Source: Diadema antillarum (taxonomy: Eukaryota). From it: 64,000 bases of DNA. Under the pieces are notes generated by a model. The model had not been told where the DNA came from and ran no database searches. It was given only the letters and a program-made list of their open reading frames with translations. Position 1 is the stretch's first letter. The number at the start of each line of letters is the position of its first letter. This document shows, piece by piece, positions 43,262-55,700 of the stretch. The position numbers were made by a program, and so were the translations under genes. The stretch lies in NCBI RefSeq assembly GCF_040938485.1, contig NW_027271148.1, positions 124,001 to 188,000 of the forward strand. The letters are read 5' to 3'.

Positions 43262-43601
43262 ACTGGGGAACCCGGAGGGGGAGGGTGTGGTCCAACACTT
43301 CCCTCAGTGCTTGCTGGTCTAATTACAGACCAGCAAGATAAAAGATAACGCTCTGGAGCATGTCAAAGCTGTTGTAGAGAGACGGGCCTTGGTGGGGAAC
43401 CGGGAGGGGGGTTGGGTGTGGTCCATCACCTCCCTCAGTGCTTGCTGGTCTTAATGGTGATAAGGTTCTGGAGCATGTCGAAGCTGGTGTAGAGAGACGA
43501 GACTTAGTGGGGAACCAGGACCGGGGTGGGTGTGGTCCATCATCACCCTCAGTGCTTGCTGGTCTTAATGGTGATGAGGTTCTGGAGCATGTCGAAGCTG
43601 T
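43262..43601 (-). repeat. Three tandem copies (periods 114 and 131 bp) of the HLCS terminal coding segment plus proximal 3' UTR
   Basis: CCCTCAGTGCTTGCTGGTCT recurs at 43546, 43432 and 43301; GGAGCATGTC(G/A)AAGCTG recurs in each unit. Confidence 0.92.
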
Positions 43602-43726
43602 TGCCATCCGGCTGCACGCTGTGGAGGGAGCCATCTTGCCGTTTGACCGATAGGAAGCCGCTCTTGTCCAGACCAGTGATGGTCACTTCCTCACCGTCAG
43701 GCCTCTCCAGCCTTACCTTGGCATCA
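43549..43726 (-). CDS. HLCS: HLCS terminal coding exon: DAKVRLERPDGEEVTITGLDKSGFLSV...PDGNSFDMLQNLITIKTSKH*
   Basis: Acceptor gatgcag|T; TGA stop at 43551-43549; BPL_C domain. Confidence 0.96.
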
Positions 43727-46700
43727 CTGCATCAATCAAAATGGACATTAAGATCCTGGTCAGTGCAGTGTCCTCATGTAATGTATGTAATTGACTATTT
43801 GGTGTGCCAATTATGGTTCACAATGACATACACTCCGTATGCCTTGTTTCTGTAAACTTGCAGAAACCCTTCGTATGTTCATGCATCTATCTGATAACTT
43901 GCCAAGCTCTTTTATTTGCATTTGGTTACCACTCCCCCTCCATAAACACAAACATTCACACAAACAAATAAACAAACAAACAAACAAACGCACAAACACA
44001 ACAGCAAAAAAAAAAAGAAGAAATGTAACAAATATACAATCTCAATACAAAAATAATAAACAACTACAGCTGTTTCATTTTTTGTAGTTTCCAGACGACC
44101 TTTGCCAATCAGCGAAGAAAACACTTGCATCATGCTAATCAGCAAAGCAAAGTAAGGGTTAAATGATCATGAGCGCATAGGGTGCGTTTGAATACTCTCC
44201 TAAAGCGAACTGTACCGTACTGTATCCATGCAAGAGGAGCGCTTGAACGCTCCTAAAGTGTACCGTACCATACTGTACCGAGCCAAAAGTGGACCATTTC
44301 CTGATGTGCTCGAAAAGGGTATTAAAAGCATATCAAAACTTTGCATGTGAAGAGTGCGCCTATCATATTGCGCATGTGTCATAATGCAAAGACATCATTC
44401 TTTTTGTTTGGGACAGCTGAAAGTAGTTCAAGAGCTCCAGGTGAATAACCCTTTTGCATGGCTTGACACTAACTTTTTTGTTTGGTGGCCCGATGGGGCC
44501 ACCAAAATCCTAAATTTCAAATTTTTGGTGGCCCGAGAGAAAAATGTGGTGTCCCGAAAAAACCCCCCAATAAAAACATTAAAAGTCCTTTTTTTTAATG
44601 AGTCAAATATTTAAGATTTATAATAGTAAGAATTAGAAGTTGGACATACATGTATCTACTCATAAATAAACTTCAACAAACTTGCAACACTCACTCTCAG
44701 GCACTCATTCAGTCCTTTTCATCCATCCTTTGAACAAATCTAACTGCTAATTTCCGGCGCAAAAGTTACAAATTTATTGACATGCTTTTCAAAAAATTTT
44801 GGTGGCCCGAGGCGGGCCACCAAATTTGCCCTTTTTTGAAATTTGGTGATCCGACTTTCATTTTTGGTGGCCCCGGGCCACCGGGCCACCGTTAGTGTCG
44901 AGCCCTGCCTTTTGCTACAAATAACTCATGAGGTACGCTTTCTCAAGAGAATGCTCAAACGCTCCAAATCTGGCACAGTATGGTACAGTGCGCTTTAGTT
45001 CAGTTCGCTTTGGTTCGCTTTAGAGCACTCGAACGCACCCATAGTTGAGCCCTTTATAAGGCAGATACTCTCTTCATAACAGGCTTCAGCCTGCCATACT
45101 GTACCTATGGAGCCAGCGCTTGTAGTAGACCGGCAGAAAGCTTTCCGCTCCCTTCTCCTGGAAGGCATTAATCATCCGTTCCATCTCTGTGATGCTGCGC
45201 GCTATGACCATCTCCATGGAAACGGGGCTGAGGTTGGTGCCCTTTTCGGCATTGTACTTGTGGAGGATGTCGTTGATGCAGGTCGTGGGGACGCTGTTGG
45301 AAACATTCACTCCGACACCTCAACAGCAAAGTAGGGGAAAATGTGGACGATGAAAGTCAGTTGCGATTCTTCATTGACCCGAAAAACTGCTGCAGATAAT
45401 CAACCCAGCAAACAGGTGCTTACAATTCAGTCACATCTCCTGATGTCTTTGAAAAGTTTAAGGGGAACTCTGTTCCTGTTAAAAGTTAGTCTGCTAAGAA
45501 AGAGTAAAATTTTGTAACCACAATAATGAAAATTTGATTAAAATAGGATAAAAATGAAGCAAATTATAAAATTTCAAAACTTCACAATTATATGTAACTT
45601 CCCTAATTTTTGGATCAAATTTTCATTATTCTGCTTACAAAATTGTATTCTTTCTGTTCAGACTAACTTTTAATTGGGCTGGAATTCACCTTTAAAGACC
45701 ACAAAAGCATTTTGTTGAATATATCAATCTGGNNNNNNNNNNNNNNNNNNNNNNNNNNNNNNNNNNNNNNNNNNNNNNNNNNNNNNNNNNNNNNNNNNNN
45801 NNNNNNNNNNNNNNNNNNNNNNNNNNNNNNNNNNNNNNNNNNNNNNNNNNNNNNNNNNNNNNNNNNNNNNATTGAGGACGAGTCCCAAGTATACTCGGGC
45901 ATGTGTCTATGGGAAATGCGTGTTGTAGCAAAATCAGTCCATCCTCAACGGGGTAAGATTTAACAAGAAAGTCATCAAAGGATCAAATTCATACCAATGA
46001 TAGCATGGAAGACTCCGTCGAGACAGGACGAGTTCACGATTACCCCACCCAACTTTTGCTGGTTACCATAGTAGATGTCGTTTGGCCACTTGAGTCGAAG
46101 GTCAAAGTCCTGCCATGTGTGAAAAACAAACGAAATGGGAAAATGATAGCAGAGTCTTGAGTAGCAAATAATCAAATATTCCACTAGTCAGAGAAGATGG
46201 AAAAACATATATCATAATTTCAATCAGTCTTTGTTTCTATACAATTAACTAACCAGAAAGCTATTTTTTTTAAACTCAAAATTTGAAAATCTTTCCAAAA
46301 AAAAAAGGTCATTTAATAATGTGCATTCTGTCAGCCTAATGTGTGGTTGCTTTGATAGAAGTCGAACAATTACTATAAAATCTTCCATACACTACAGTGA
46401 ATGATAATGATTAAAAGTGGATGATTGCACAAGTGTGCTTTAACCCGTTGAAGATGAGTCCCGAGTACTGTAAAACGAGAAATGTTCGCGTGTATTTTGA
46501 TTTCGTGAGAGCCAAGATTCGCGAAATTAAAATGCACACAAAAGTTCTTGTCTACACTATGCGCATCGAATGTCAGAGGCAACTCGCGAAAATTTCATGC
46601 CGTGAAAATAATGTGTTTTACAGTATACTGGATGGGCAAATGTCTATGGGAAATGCGTGTTGTAGCAAAATCAGCCAGTCCTCAATGGATTAACTACAAT

Positions 46701-46763
46701 CCAGCATATTTGATGAGTTCAAATTTTTGATTAATTTTTTTTTTTGATTAATTTTTTTTTTTG

Positions 46764-46794
<31 letters not shown>

Positions 46795-49700
46795 TGGAGG
46801 GGGGGGGGGGGTGGTGGCTGGAATAACCCATGATTATTTGTAATCACTGTTCTCTCCAAAGTAACAGATTGACAGGCATAATTTACCATTTGCAGATGAA
46901 ACAAAAATCCAGCATTAGTGCTTTAAAATAGTTCTTAAGTATGAGTTAGGGATAGAAACAACAAATGTAAAAATTTGAATCGGTAAAATCGATGTTAAGT
47001 ATTGTTAAATATACAAAATATGCACAATAGTTATAATAAAAATGTTTCCAGACTACATCATCTACAGTTACGGTTTATTGAGAAAAATACAGATATCTCC
47101 TTATATTCTAGGCTTTATTGTGAAAATCCTACATTATATATGATAGGATGTTTTGTGGTACAACCGACCTACACATATGCATTAAATGTCATATCTTGAA
47201 AATCTTTTAAATCACTGTTCCCAAAGGTAGACAGGACTTTTAACCAAATCTGGCAAATGAGGACTTACTGTTCATTTGCCAATAAAATCATTGAAATTTG
47301 AAATATCACTGAAATAGGGAGCAAATAATGTCAGCCTTTTTTTTTAGCCATTTTCACTGCTCATCTCTTATTGTGATAACATAACTGTGGAGTGTTGCAT
47401 TGACACTAAACACAGGTATTCCATTTTTTGCCTTTATAAGTCCTGCTTCTATTCTGCCTGTAGAGGGCGCAATTCTGGTTTACCCATCTCTCATGATTGA
47501 AGCCCTAACACCTGTAAAATTTAATTTCAGGCTCTTTACACTATAAGATCACCTCAATAATGTATCTAAACCACACCCCAGGAACCAGTCGAAATTCCCT
47601 AACCAGAGTACACCTCAATCATCCCTTTGTACACTCCTTATTCCATACACTATGAGACATGTCGGCGAACAGCAGCAAACATTCCTGCTTGTAAATGATT
47701 TGCATACCAATGACATGTGTGGGTAACGGCATGGAAAGAGTCGTATGCCTCGGAAAGAAAGAAAGCAAGCAAGCAAGCAGTAATTATTGATGAAGATCAG
47801 AGACCCATCCCTGTCACACAGTAGCAGTCAGAGCCAGACACAGAACAGGGATGAGTGGGGGTGGGGAGATTCTACTGCAGCAGGCTGTCCCATCAACATT
47901 CCCCAAGTCACTGGGCCACTAAGGCTATCACGGCAAGCCTTCTATGTCCCTGGATCTCAAATGCCAAGGGGTTACCTCCCCCAACAGATGATGGGCAGGG
48001 ATGGGGCGTCTCAGGACCTAATTTATGGCTATGAAGACAGTGTCGGGCTTCACAGACACTTTAAAGGGACTGTACAGTACTGGTTGACGTGATGATTCAG
48101 GTTTATACGCGTGTAACATTTTTTTGTGAGATAATGAGAAACCCCTTATGAAATATGAAAGAGCATGTAATTTCAAGAAGGATCCAACATTTATTTGATG
48201 AAAATTGGCCTTGAAACGGCCGAGATATCCAAAAAAGCGATCCTAATAAAATTGACAGGCCACGACTTTTATTACGATCTCTTTGTTTTACCTTGATTTT
48301 AGATATCTCAGTAATTTCAAACCGATTTTCGTGAAGTAAACTTTTGATTCCCCTTAGAATTGTATGCTCTTTAACGTTTCATAGGGTGGTTTCTAAATAT
48401 CTTGCAAAATGTTACAAGCTGAATCCTAACCTCAACCAGTACTGAACAGTCCCTTTAAAGGGGTTGTTCAAAACTCTGCTATATTGGATAATGACTCTAT
48501 CACAATCAATACATGCAATAATCATTTTATACATTTACATTTTTTAAGAGTCAGTCCTCATCATCCACAAGTTATGTGATATTCATTGTATAAAATGAAA
48601 CTTGTGCAATGTCATAGGTGTAACGAAATTGAGAAAGCTTTAACAGAAATTTCAATATCCCAATAATGACATTATGACTGCATTTATTTGTAATGAAACC
48701 CTCTCTTGTTGCTAATGTTTCCATCATGTGAATGACATGTTCTATTATACTGAATGAAATACTTCATGTGTGTATATGCCACAGGCTCTGGCTCTGTGCA
48801 CATAATATATTGTAATGTAATATAATATAATGTTTGTTTGTTTGTGAGTGTGCATGTGTATGTGTCTGTGTTAGATACATCATTGCATTCCATTTCTGTG
48901 ATTGATGATAAAGCAGCCAAGCGGTGCAACTGGGTGAACGATGTCTGATGTTTCAATTATCTGTATTTATCAAAAGCAAAAAACACTTTTTTCATTTTCC
49001 TGAATGTAGCTGCTGCATTGATGTCAGTCTGTTTAAGTCTCAAATGGTGTGAATTGTTATTCTAACCAGTTTAGCAGTCTACAGACTGGATTAAGGCATA
49101 AATCTAAATTTTAGAATCCAGTCTAAGCACTGATAATGTGCACAACTTCAGCAGAATTTCCTTTAACTCCTTCTTGCATCAACTACACAATCACCCATAA
49201 CATTGACAGGAACTCCATAAACACAGTCTGAGAAAAGTCTGAAAGTTTTTAGGAGCTTGAACGAGCACCACGGGACATTTTGAGTTAAAAGTAAGAGCAT
49301 TTGGGGGAAGAAAGACATGGAGGTAAAAAAAGTATTCCCCTCACAAAATTTATGTGTTACAAAAGAGCATAATACAGTGTTCAACTGTGCAACTAATATA
49401 GCAAAACTGCAAATGGATATAACACTTTGTTCTTCCATCTGGACATATCACAGTCATAACAACACAGGTGGACATCATGACCAGGCCGGTCATCCTGGCC
49501 ACCCGCAACCTCCTCGCAACATTCAGCCAGACTTCAAATGAGGATATCATCGGGGGGCACCGTACCTCGTAACCCTTGAGTGAGCGGACGGCCTCCACCA
49601 CGGCGGCCGAGGCGATGTGCTGGAGGAATGGAAGCTTGTCGGCCAGCCGCGTCCTGACTGGGATGCGAACGTGGAGCGAGAACATGGCACATCCTATGGG

Positions 49701-52700
49701 AGCCAGCCATCGGTTGCCGCTACGACCTGATCCAGGAAGAGACATTGGGGAAAAAAATGGGGGGGGGGGGGGGGTTTACACTCAGATTAATTTTGGTTGA
49801 ATACACAAGACAAACAGCAAAAGAGATACTGTGGGCATTACAGGTTGATTGTTTCTTTAATAGTGTAAAGCAAAAACTGTTCATGTGCCCATGGCACCAC
49901 ACAGGCAGCTATAGATGGATGCTCCGGATATCAAACAGGGGGCACTATGGCATAGTGGATAAGACTCTCAACTCAAAATCGGAGGAACCAAGTTCAATTC
50001 CTTCCCAGTGCTTACGTCCTTAGAGAAGATGATTACCCACTGTGCCCCTCTCCACCCAGGTGTATAAATGGGTACCTGGAAATGCTAGGGTAATAATAAT
50101 GGCAAGTCCCTCTGGTGTAGAGCAGTGGCAACACTGAAGAGGCTACCCTGGATAAAGAAGGCTTTAATTATTGTCATGATTATTTATTGTATTATTTAGG
50201 TACTCGTACTGCATACATAAATGTATAGTTACGGCAATGGTGACTCGCTCAAGGACACAAACAGTTTGAATGATGCATTTTGTGGCATTGGTTTGTTCCA
50301 CCACAATGCTCCTTTAAGCCACCGTGAAGTTATCTCTGAAGACTCAGACGTGACATCTTTCATTTCCTGCGCAGGCTGAAATGCGAAGACACTTACCCTT
50401 CCCACCTGTCATTCTCGTTGCTATGCAGACGACACCGACGTTGTCGGGAACTTTGAACATGAATCTGGGAACATGAGAATGTGAGAAATATTTCTGGTTT
50501 TAAAAGAAGTGCAAAGTTCTAACAATGCAAATGCTGCATGTAATACCACACTACATTACAACCAGTATTTTTTTTTCTTTCTTTTTTTTTTGTACTTCGG
50601 GTTTTGCAGAATATGAACTCCAGCACAAAATGGCAGAATAGATATTACCTCCACTATATGAAAAAAAGGAGAGAAGTCATATTCATCTGTGAGTTTTGTT
50701 TGACTCTCAAACTAATTCATTTAAAAGAAAACCAATGAAATTACTCATTTCCCTTTCTCTCGCTGTCAATGTGCCTCAGAACTGCTAACTTTATTCAAAA
50801 GAAATATAGAAACATAGAAATGTTGACAATGAAATATCACCTTCTGTTGTTTCAATTTAAAACTTGAGTTCTAGCACAAATCCATCGGGAGTGTGGGAAG
50901 AATTATGCTTGAGGACGATAAATGCCATATCACTACAATTGCATTATAAGGTTTATTCATGATATACATTAAGGATTTACAGTGATTAAGGAATCACTGT
51001 AACTTTTTTTCAGAATTTGAGTGGCTTTGTGTGCATCTTGTTTTTCTTGGGGGGGGGGGGGGGGGGGAGGGAAAGGGGGGAGGAGAGGAACCCTCACCCT
51101 TCAAAGACATCCATCGTCGTGGGTAACACTTCGGCATAGAGCACCACATTTCCCAGGATACTGGTGGTCAGGTTGTTGCGGTAGCTGTCAAAGTTGAAGA
51201 GGCTGCCCAGCGGGAGGTTCTTGCGGCCGATGACAACGGGGAGGAGGGAGGGGCTGACGTGCTTGATGCCCGCCTGGTCGTAGATGAAGTGGAGGGAGAC
51301 CGGCGTGCCTCGTAGGATGGGGGAGGCATCTTTCTGCCCTGCCGTGATGGCCTTCAGGAACTGCTCGTTTGCCTATATTGGCATGGACATTGAAGAATTG
51401 ATGGAACAAGATTACAACAAACTGAAAATACTGCATGCTTTTTTTGTTGACTTGTTTTCACCATTATGAGGGAATTACACTATACCTCAAACACATGTCT
51501 TCATTCAATAGTGGATGCAGAAAAGTTAGAACACATCAGAGAAGATTGAGAAAACAATTACAATTTTAGAGGTTGTGCTATTTAAGTCCACATGCTGTCA
51601 TTGTTGGATGAGAAGGCCATTCACCTTTTTTTTCCCAGTATTTTTCATGAAATTTACAACATTGTACCTCAGTTCACAGTTTCTTTGTTTTCAGTACATT
51701 GTTGTGTTATAATGTGTATCAAAATATCATAACTATATTTGTTCGAAATGAAATTAAAAGAAAGAAGGAAATAAATGACATGCAGAATCAACCAACAACA
51801 TTATTATGGGTTTTGCAACGCATAGTCATATGAGAGTGTTGCTACTCTCATACATCTCAGGAGAAACAGTCATTGCATGATTCTTCTTTTTGTGTAAGGA
51901 TCATAATGCTTTTATTCTCCATCCACTAAAGAGAAAGAAAATCCTCCAATGGAAAGTCTAGAATATCATTTTCAAATCTTCATAAAGCAAACTCCCTGTA
52001 CTTTTTAATATCAATTTTTATTTTTTTTATAAGAAACAGGAATGCAATGAAAAAATTGTCATTACAATCAAGAAAACAATTTTCCTAGTGACTGTATTAT
52101 TGCCCCGGCATATTACTCAGACATCCAAGTTATCATCAATTTCTCAAATCTGTTTCCAGTATTCATTAACCTATTGCTAGCCCATACCTGATTATCTTTG
52201 CTCTCTGAGACAATCTCCCATGGTAAATTCTCCCTTTAATTTCTCCCTGTCTCTTACAAATAAATAAATAAAAGATAAATAAATTTTTAAAAAAAACAGC
52301 ATCCTTGGTCACATTAGCAGAAGAGGAGGGGGAAAAACAGAAAAAACAAACAAACCAGAAGAGAGTGAACATTAAGCCTATGTGTAGATCAAAGCCAATA
52401 TTAAACAATGTCAAGTTTTCTTTAATTTCTCCATCTCTCTATAAAAAAAAAAAAAATAAATAAAAAAATCAGAGCACCCATGGTCACATTAGCACTGGCA
52501 AGTTTTCCCTTAACACTTTTTATCGCATCAATACTGATTGGGATTTCACAGGAGCCGAATGTTCCCCCGGGAGGGAGAGGATGCACTTGACGCATCATGT
52601 TTCACCTGTTTTCTGCTTGATCCTCTGGGAGAGGGGGGAGAGAGGGGGGATAGGAGAAGGGGGGAGGGGTTGTTTGGATGGAGAGGTCATGTCGTGTGGA

Positions 52701-55700
52701 TATTGATTTGCTGAGTGGCGTGACTCTGTGATTAATGATGTGGAATGATGTGCGCACTAGCGCTCGCTCGTCTGCGTTAGCGGACTACGTAGCATGTTGC
52801 GATGATGACGCATGTACAAGATGCACATTCTCAGCTGGAAGGCCCACAATTCTGACGTACAGTGTACATGTTTCTTGGAAGGGATGCATAAAGAACAGGG
52901 TTCTTGGAGAAGAGGCTCAAGGAAAGTTGAATATAACTATCATTTCACTGCAGAGGACATACACTGTACAGACTACCGCCAATTCTTTCTAAAAGTTCCG
53001 GTGGCATTAAATGTACATTATGTAGCTACATGTACTTCCTGCTGTAAACATCATCAGAATTCCTTGGTAGTCTTTGCTTTCTCTTTCCTTCTTTTCTCCT
53101 AAAGGGATTGACTACTCAGACATTTTTCAAGCCTCCACAACGAAGCACATTTTCAGGTGTTCCATTTGACAGATTTTGACTATTCTGGGTACACATGAAA
53201 ACTGAATCTGGAAAAGAGGAATTGGGAAATGAGTGGCCCATAGACACAGAAGAGAATTTTGATGCCCTGAGAGGAGAGATTTACATCATGTGAATGCAGT
53301 GAAACAATGGCATGAATAGCACGAAAAGGTTTCATAATACAGGGCTGCACACTAGCCCATTTTTTCTACTGGCCCGACCTGTCTGTTGGACCAGTACTAG
53401 GTACCCAGTTTTTCTAATTTTTTTTTTAAATTGATTCATTTCTGAAAAAGTTACTGGTTTGACAGTGATTTTTAGTGGTCAGGGACCATTGGACCAGTGC
53501 CAGTGTGCAGCACTGCATACACGTAATATCACCAATATGTTATACTGTACATGTACTAAGATCTGCTAAATGCTCTTGGGTAGTCATGTTACTCAAATGG
53601 ATGATTCTGTATACGCTTCACTAGAATAAGACAGGATACAAGTATCTTTAATATTCTCTCCCCTCTTTCCTAAATTGGACTGAGAGCCGGCTACTTTGAG
53701 ACACCTGCGACAAGTTATTGAGATGTATTGATGATTGCCCCTGTCAGTGTGAACAGTACATCATACACTGTCTTACACAAGCAAACAGTGAACATGAAGC
53801 TTGATACAGTCCAACCTCTCCTATCCAGCCTCCCTTTATCCGGATCTCTCTATTATTCGGATGCGATCTTGGCATGATTTTTTTTTTCAATGTAATAATT
53901 ACGGGGAAAAGGTGGATTTTAAACTAAAACAAAATTCCTACACAAACCATATGAATTACATATTATTCTCCACATAGTTAACATATATTCATATCTAATT
54001 TTCATCTAAATATTACATGCATTCAGATATTCACTACTCCCAAATCACCGGAAAAACATGGACAGAAAACTTTTCATTGAATCAGGGTATGGTACAGGCA
54101 ATCGTTCTTCGGCAGCTGCGTGTATTAAACATTGAGTCTCCCATTTCCAGCCAAGTCCCTTATTCGGATTAGCCCCGGTCCTGACACGTTTGGATAGGAG
54201 AGGTTGGACCGTACCTGATTCACGCCGAGCAGGAAGGCTGGCGTGAGCTGGGGCGCCCTCTGTGTGCCGCCCTTGGCCGTGATGCAAGACAGTCCGAGGC
54301 GTACCAACATGTCCACCGCCATGTCCTCCTGAGTTCCCTCAAGGTGGCCTTCAGGGAAGCAGATCTAAGGGGAGGGAGAATGAGGCAGAAGGAGGCACAG
54401 TGAGGTTTAAAAAGTTGTTCTTATAACCCTTTCTGCAACAGGGACTTTAGACGGTGGGGTTTTCTGTGCTAATTGACACTCTGCATAAACACATAAAGGG
54501 TTAATTAAAACAGCAATCATTTCTTGGTAACAAAATTAAAGATCAAGCCTGAGCTCAGTACATTCTGACTTTCGCTGACCCCATTCAGGTGCCTTTATTG
54601 TGTATGACAAAAGAATTTGTGAGCGCATCAGTGCACACTCTATTCATACCTCGCACCCCATTGATGTTTTCATTGTTCGATGGTACATGCACATGCCTGT
54701 ACATTTGTAGTTGACCATGAAAAGGGGATACATGCACCGCTTTACTGCTTTTGCACAGGTGGATTACAACCTTTCTGTCCTCTGTTGACCTGCAAAGAGA
54801 ATCTTGTTTTCGGGGCATTGAAGGCTCTCAGAGAATTGCGGGAGGAACGGGTTAACCCTAAAAAGACTGGGTGGGGGGGCCTAAAAGGCCCCCCCCTCGA
54901 CATTTCGCGCGATTTCTCAGCAACACGCAATGCTCTCGCCGCGATGCTCTATGACATTTTTCTTTCGAGTTTCCCGCACATTTTGACACCAAATTTGTGA
55001 CGCCCGGGGGTACGGTTCTGAAGTTACATAACTTTTTGTACATGCACGTGAGACCGAAAATGGCTCAAAAATGTGATTTTGTGTACAAAGTCAATACAAA
55101 TTGAGTTTATCACATGGTTCATATAAATATGCTTATTTTTACACTCAAAGGCTAAAATCAATTTGTTTTAGTAGTATTATGCTTCAAAAAGGGTCTGCCA
55201 CAAATTTTGCTGAAAAAAACAAAAACAAAAGGTCGAAAAACAAGGAAATACATAAGAAATTCATAAAACAATAAAATAAATAAGAAATTAATTTTGATAC
55301 CGAATTTTTTTTCAAGTACATTTGCTAAGAATGCTACAAAGAATATCTAGACCAAAAATGAGCACTTTTGGAGCTTTATTTACTGATTTAGATAAAAAAG
55401 TCTGATTTATCGCATAAATTAGCATAATTAATCAAAATAAAATAAAAGAAGACTATTTTGCAAAATTTAAATATACGATCTTGTAGATTACATCGCACAC
55501 TACCATTGTGCAAATTTCCGCGGCGATCGCGCGATCCACGGCCGAGATCTTAAGGGGGGGCCCTTTAGGCCCCCCCCAGTCTTTCGAGCTACCAAAATAG
55601 CCCAGTCTTTTTAGGGTTAAGTGATATCAGTCTGTAACATTTGCCTGCTTTTGCTGTTACTTCTTCATTAATTTTTCTGAAAGTGAAGTTTCCTCATCTA

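Noticed and set aside
43323-43634. 103-aa minus-strand ORF with internal repeats
   Set aside because: It is an alternative frame across the terminal tandem duplication. The real frame stops at 43549, followed by two more stops.
6907-45963. ORFs in the track containing long X runs
   Set aside because: They are artefacts of N gaps (6994-7467, 15286-15446, 19807-19984, 25373-25531, 33607-33746, 36531-36740, 45733-45870).
47787-48092. 101-aa plus-strand ORF in an HLCS intron
   Set aside because: No recognisable domain; the ORF ends inside a MITE.
49350-49572. GC-rich intron start: 72-codon minus-strand read-through, and a 34-codon plus-strand frame (49468-49572) with coding-like codon usage
   Set aside because: There is no recognisable homology, the plus-strand acceptor lacks a pyrimidine tract, and no partner exons were found.
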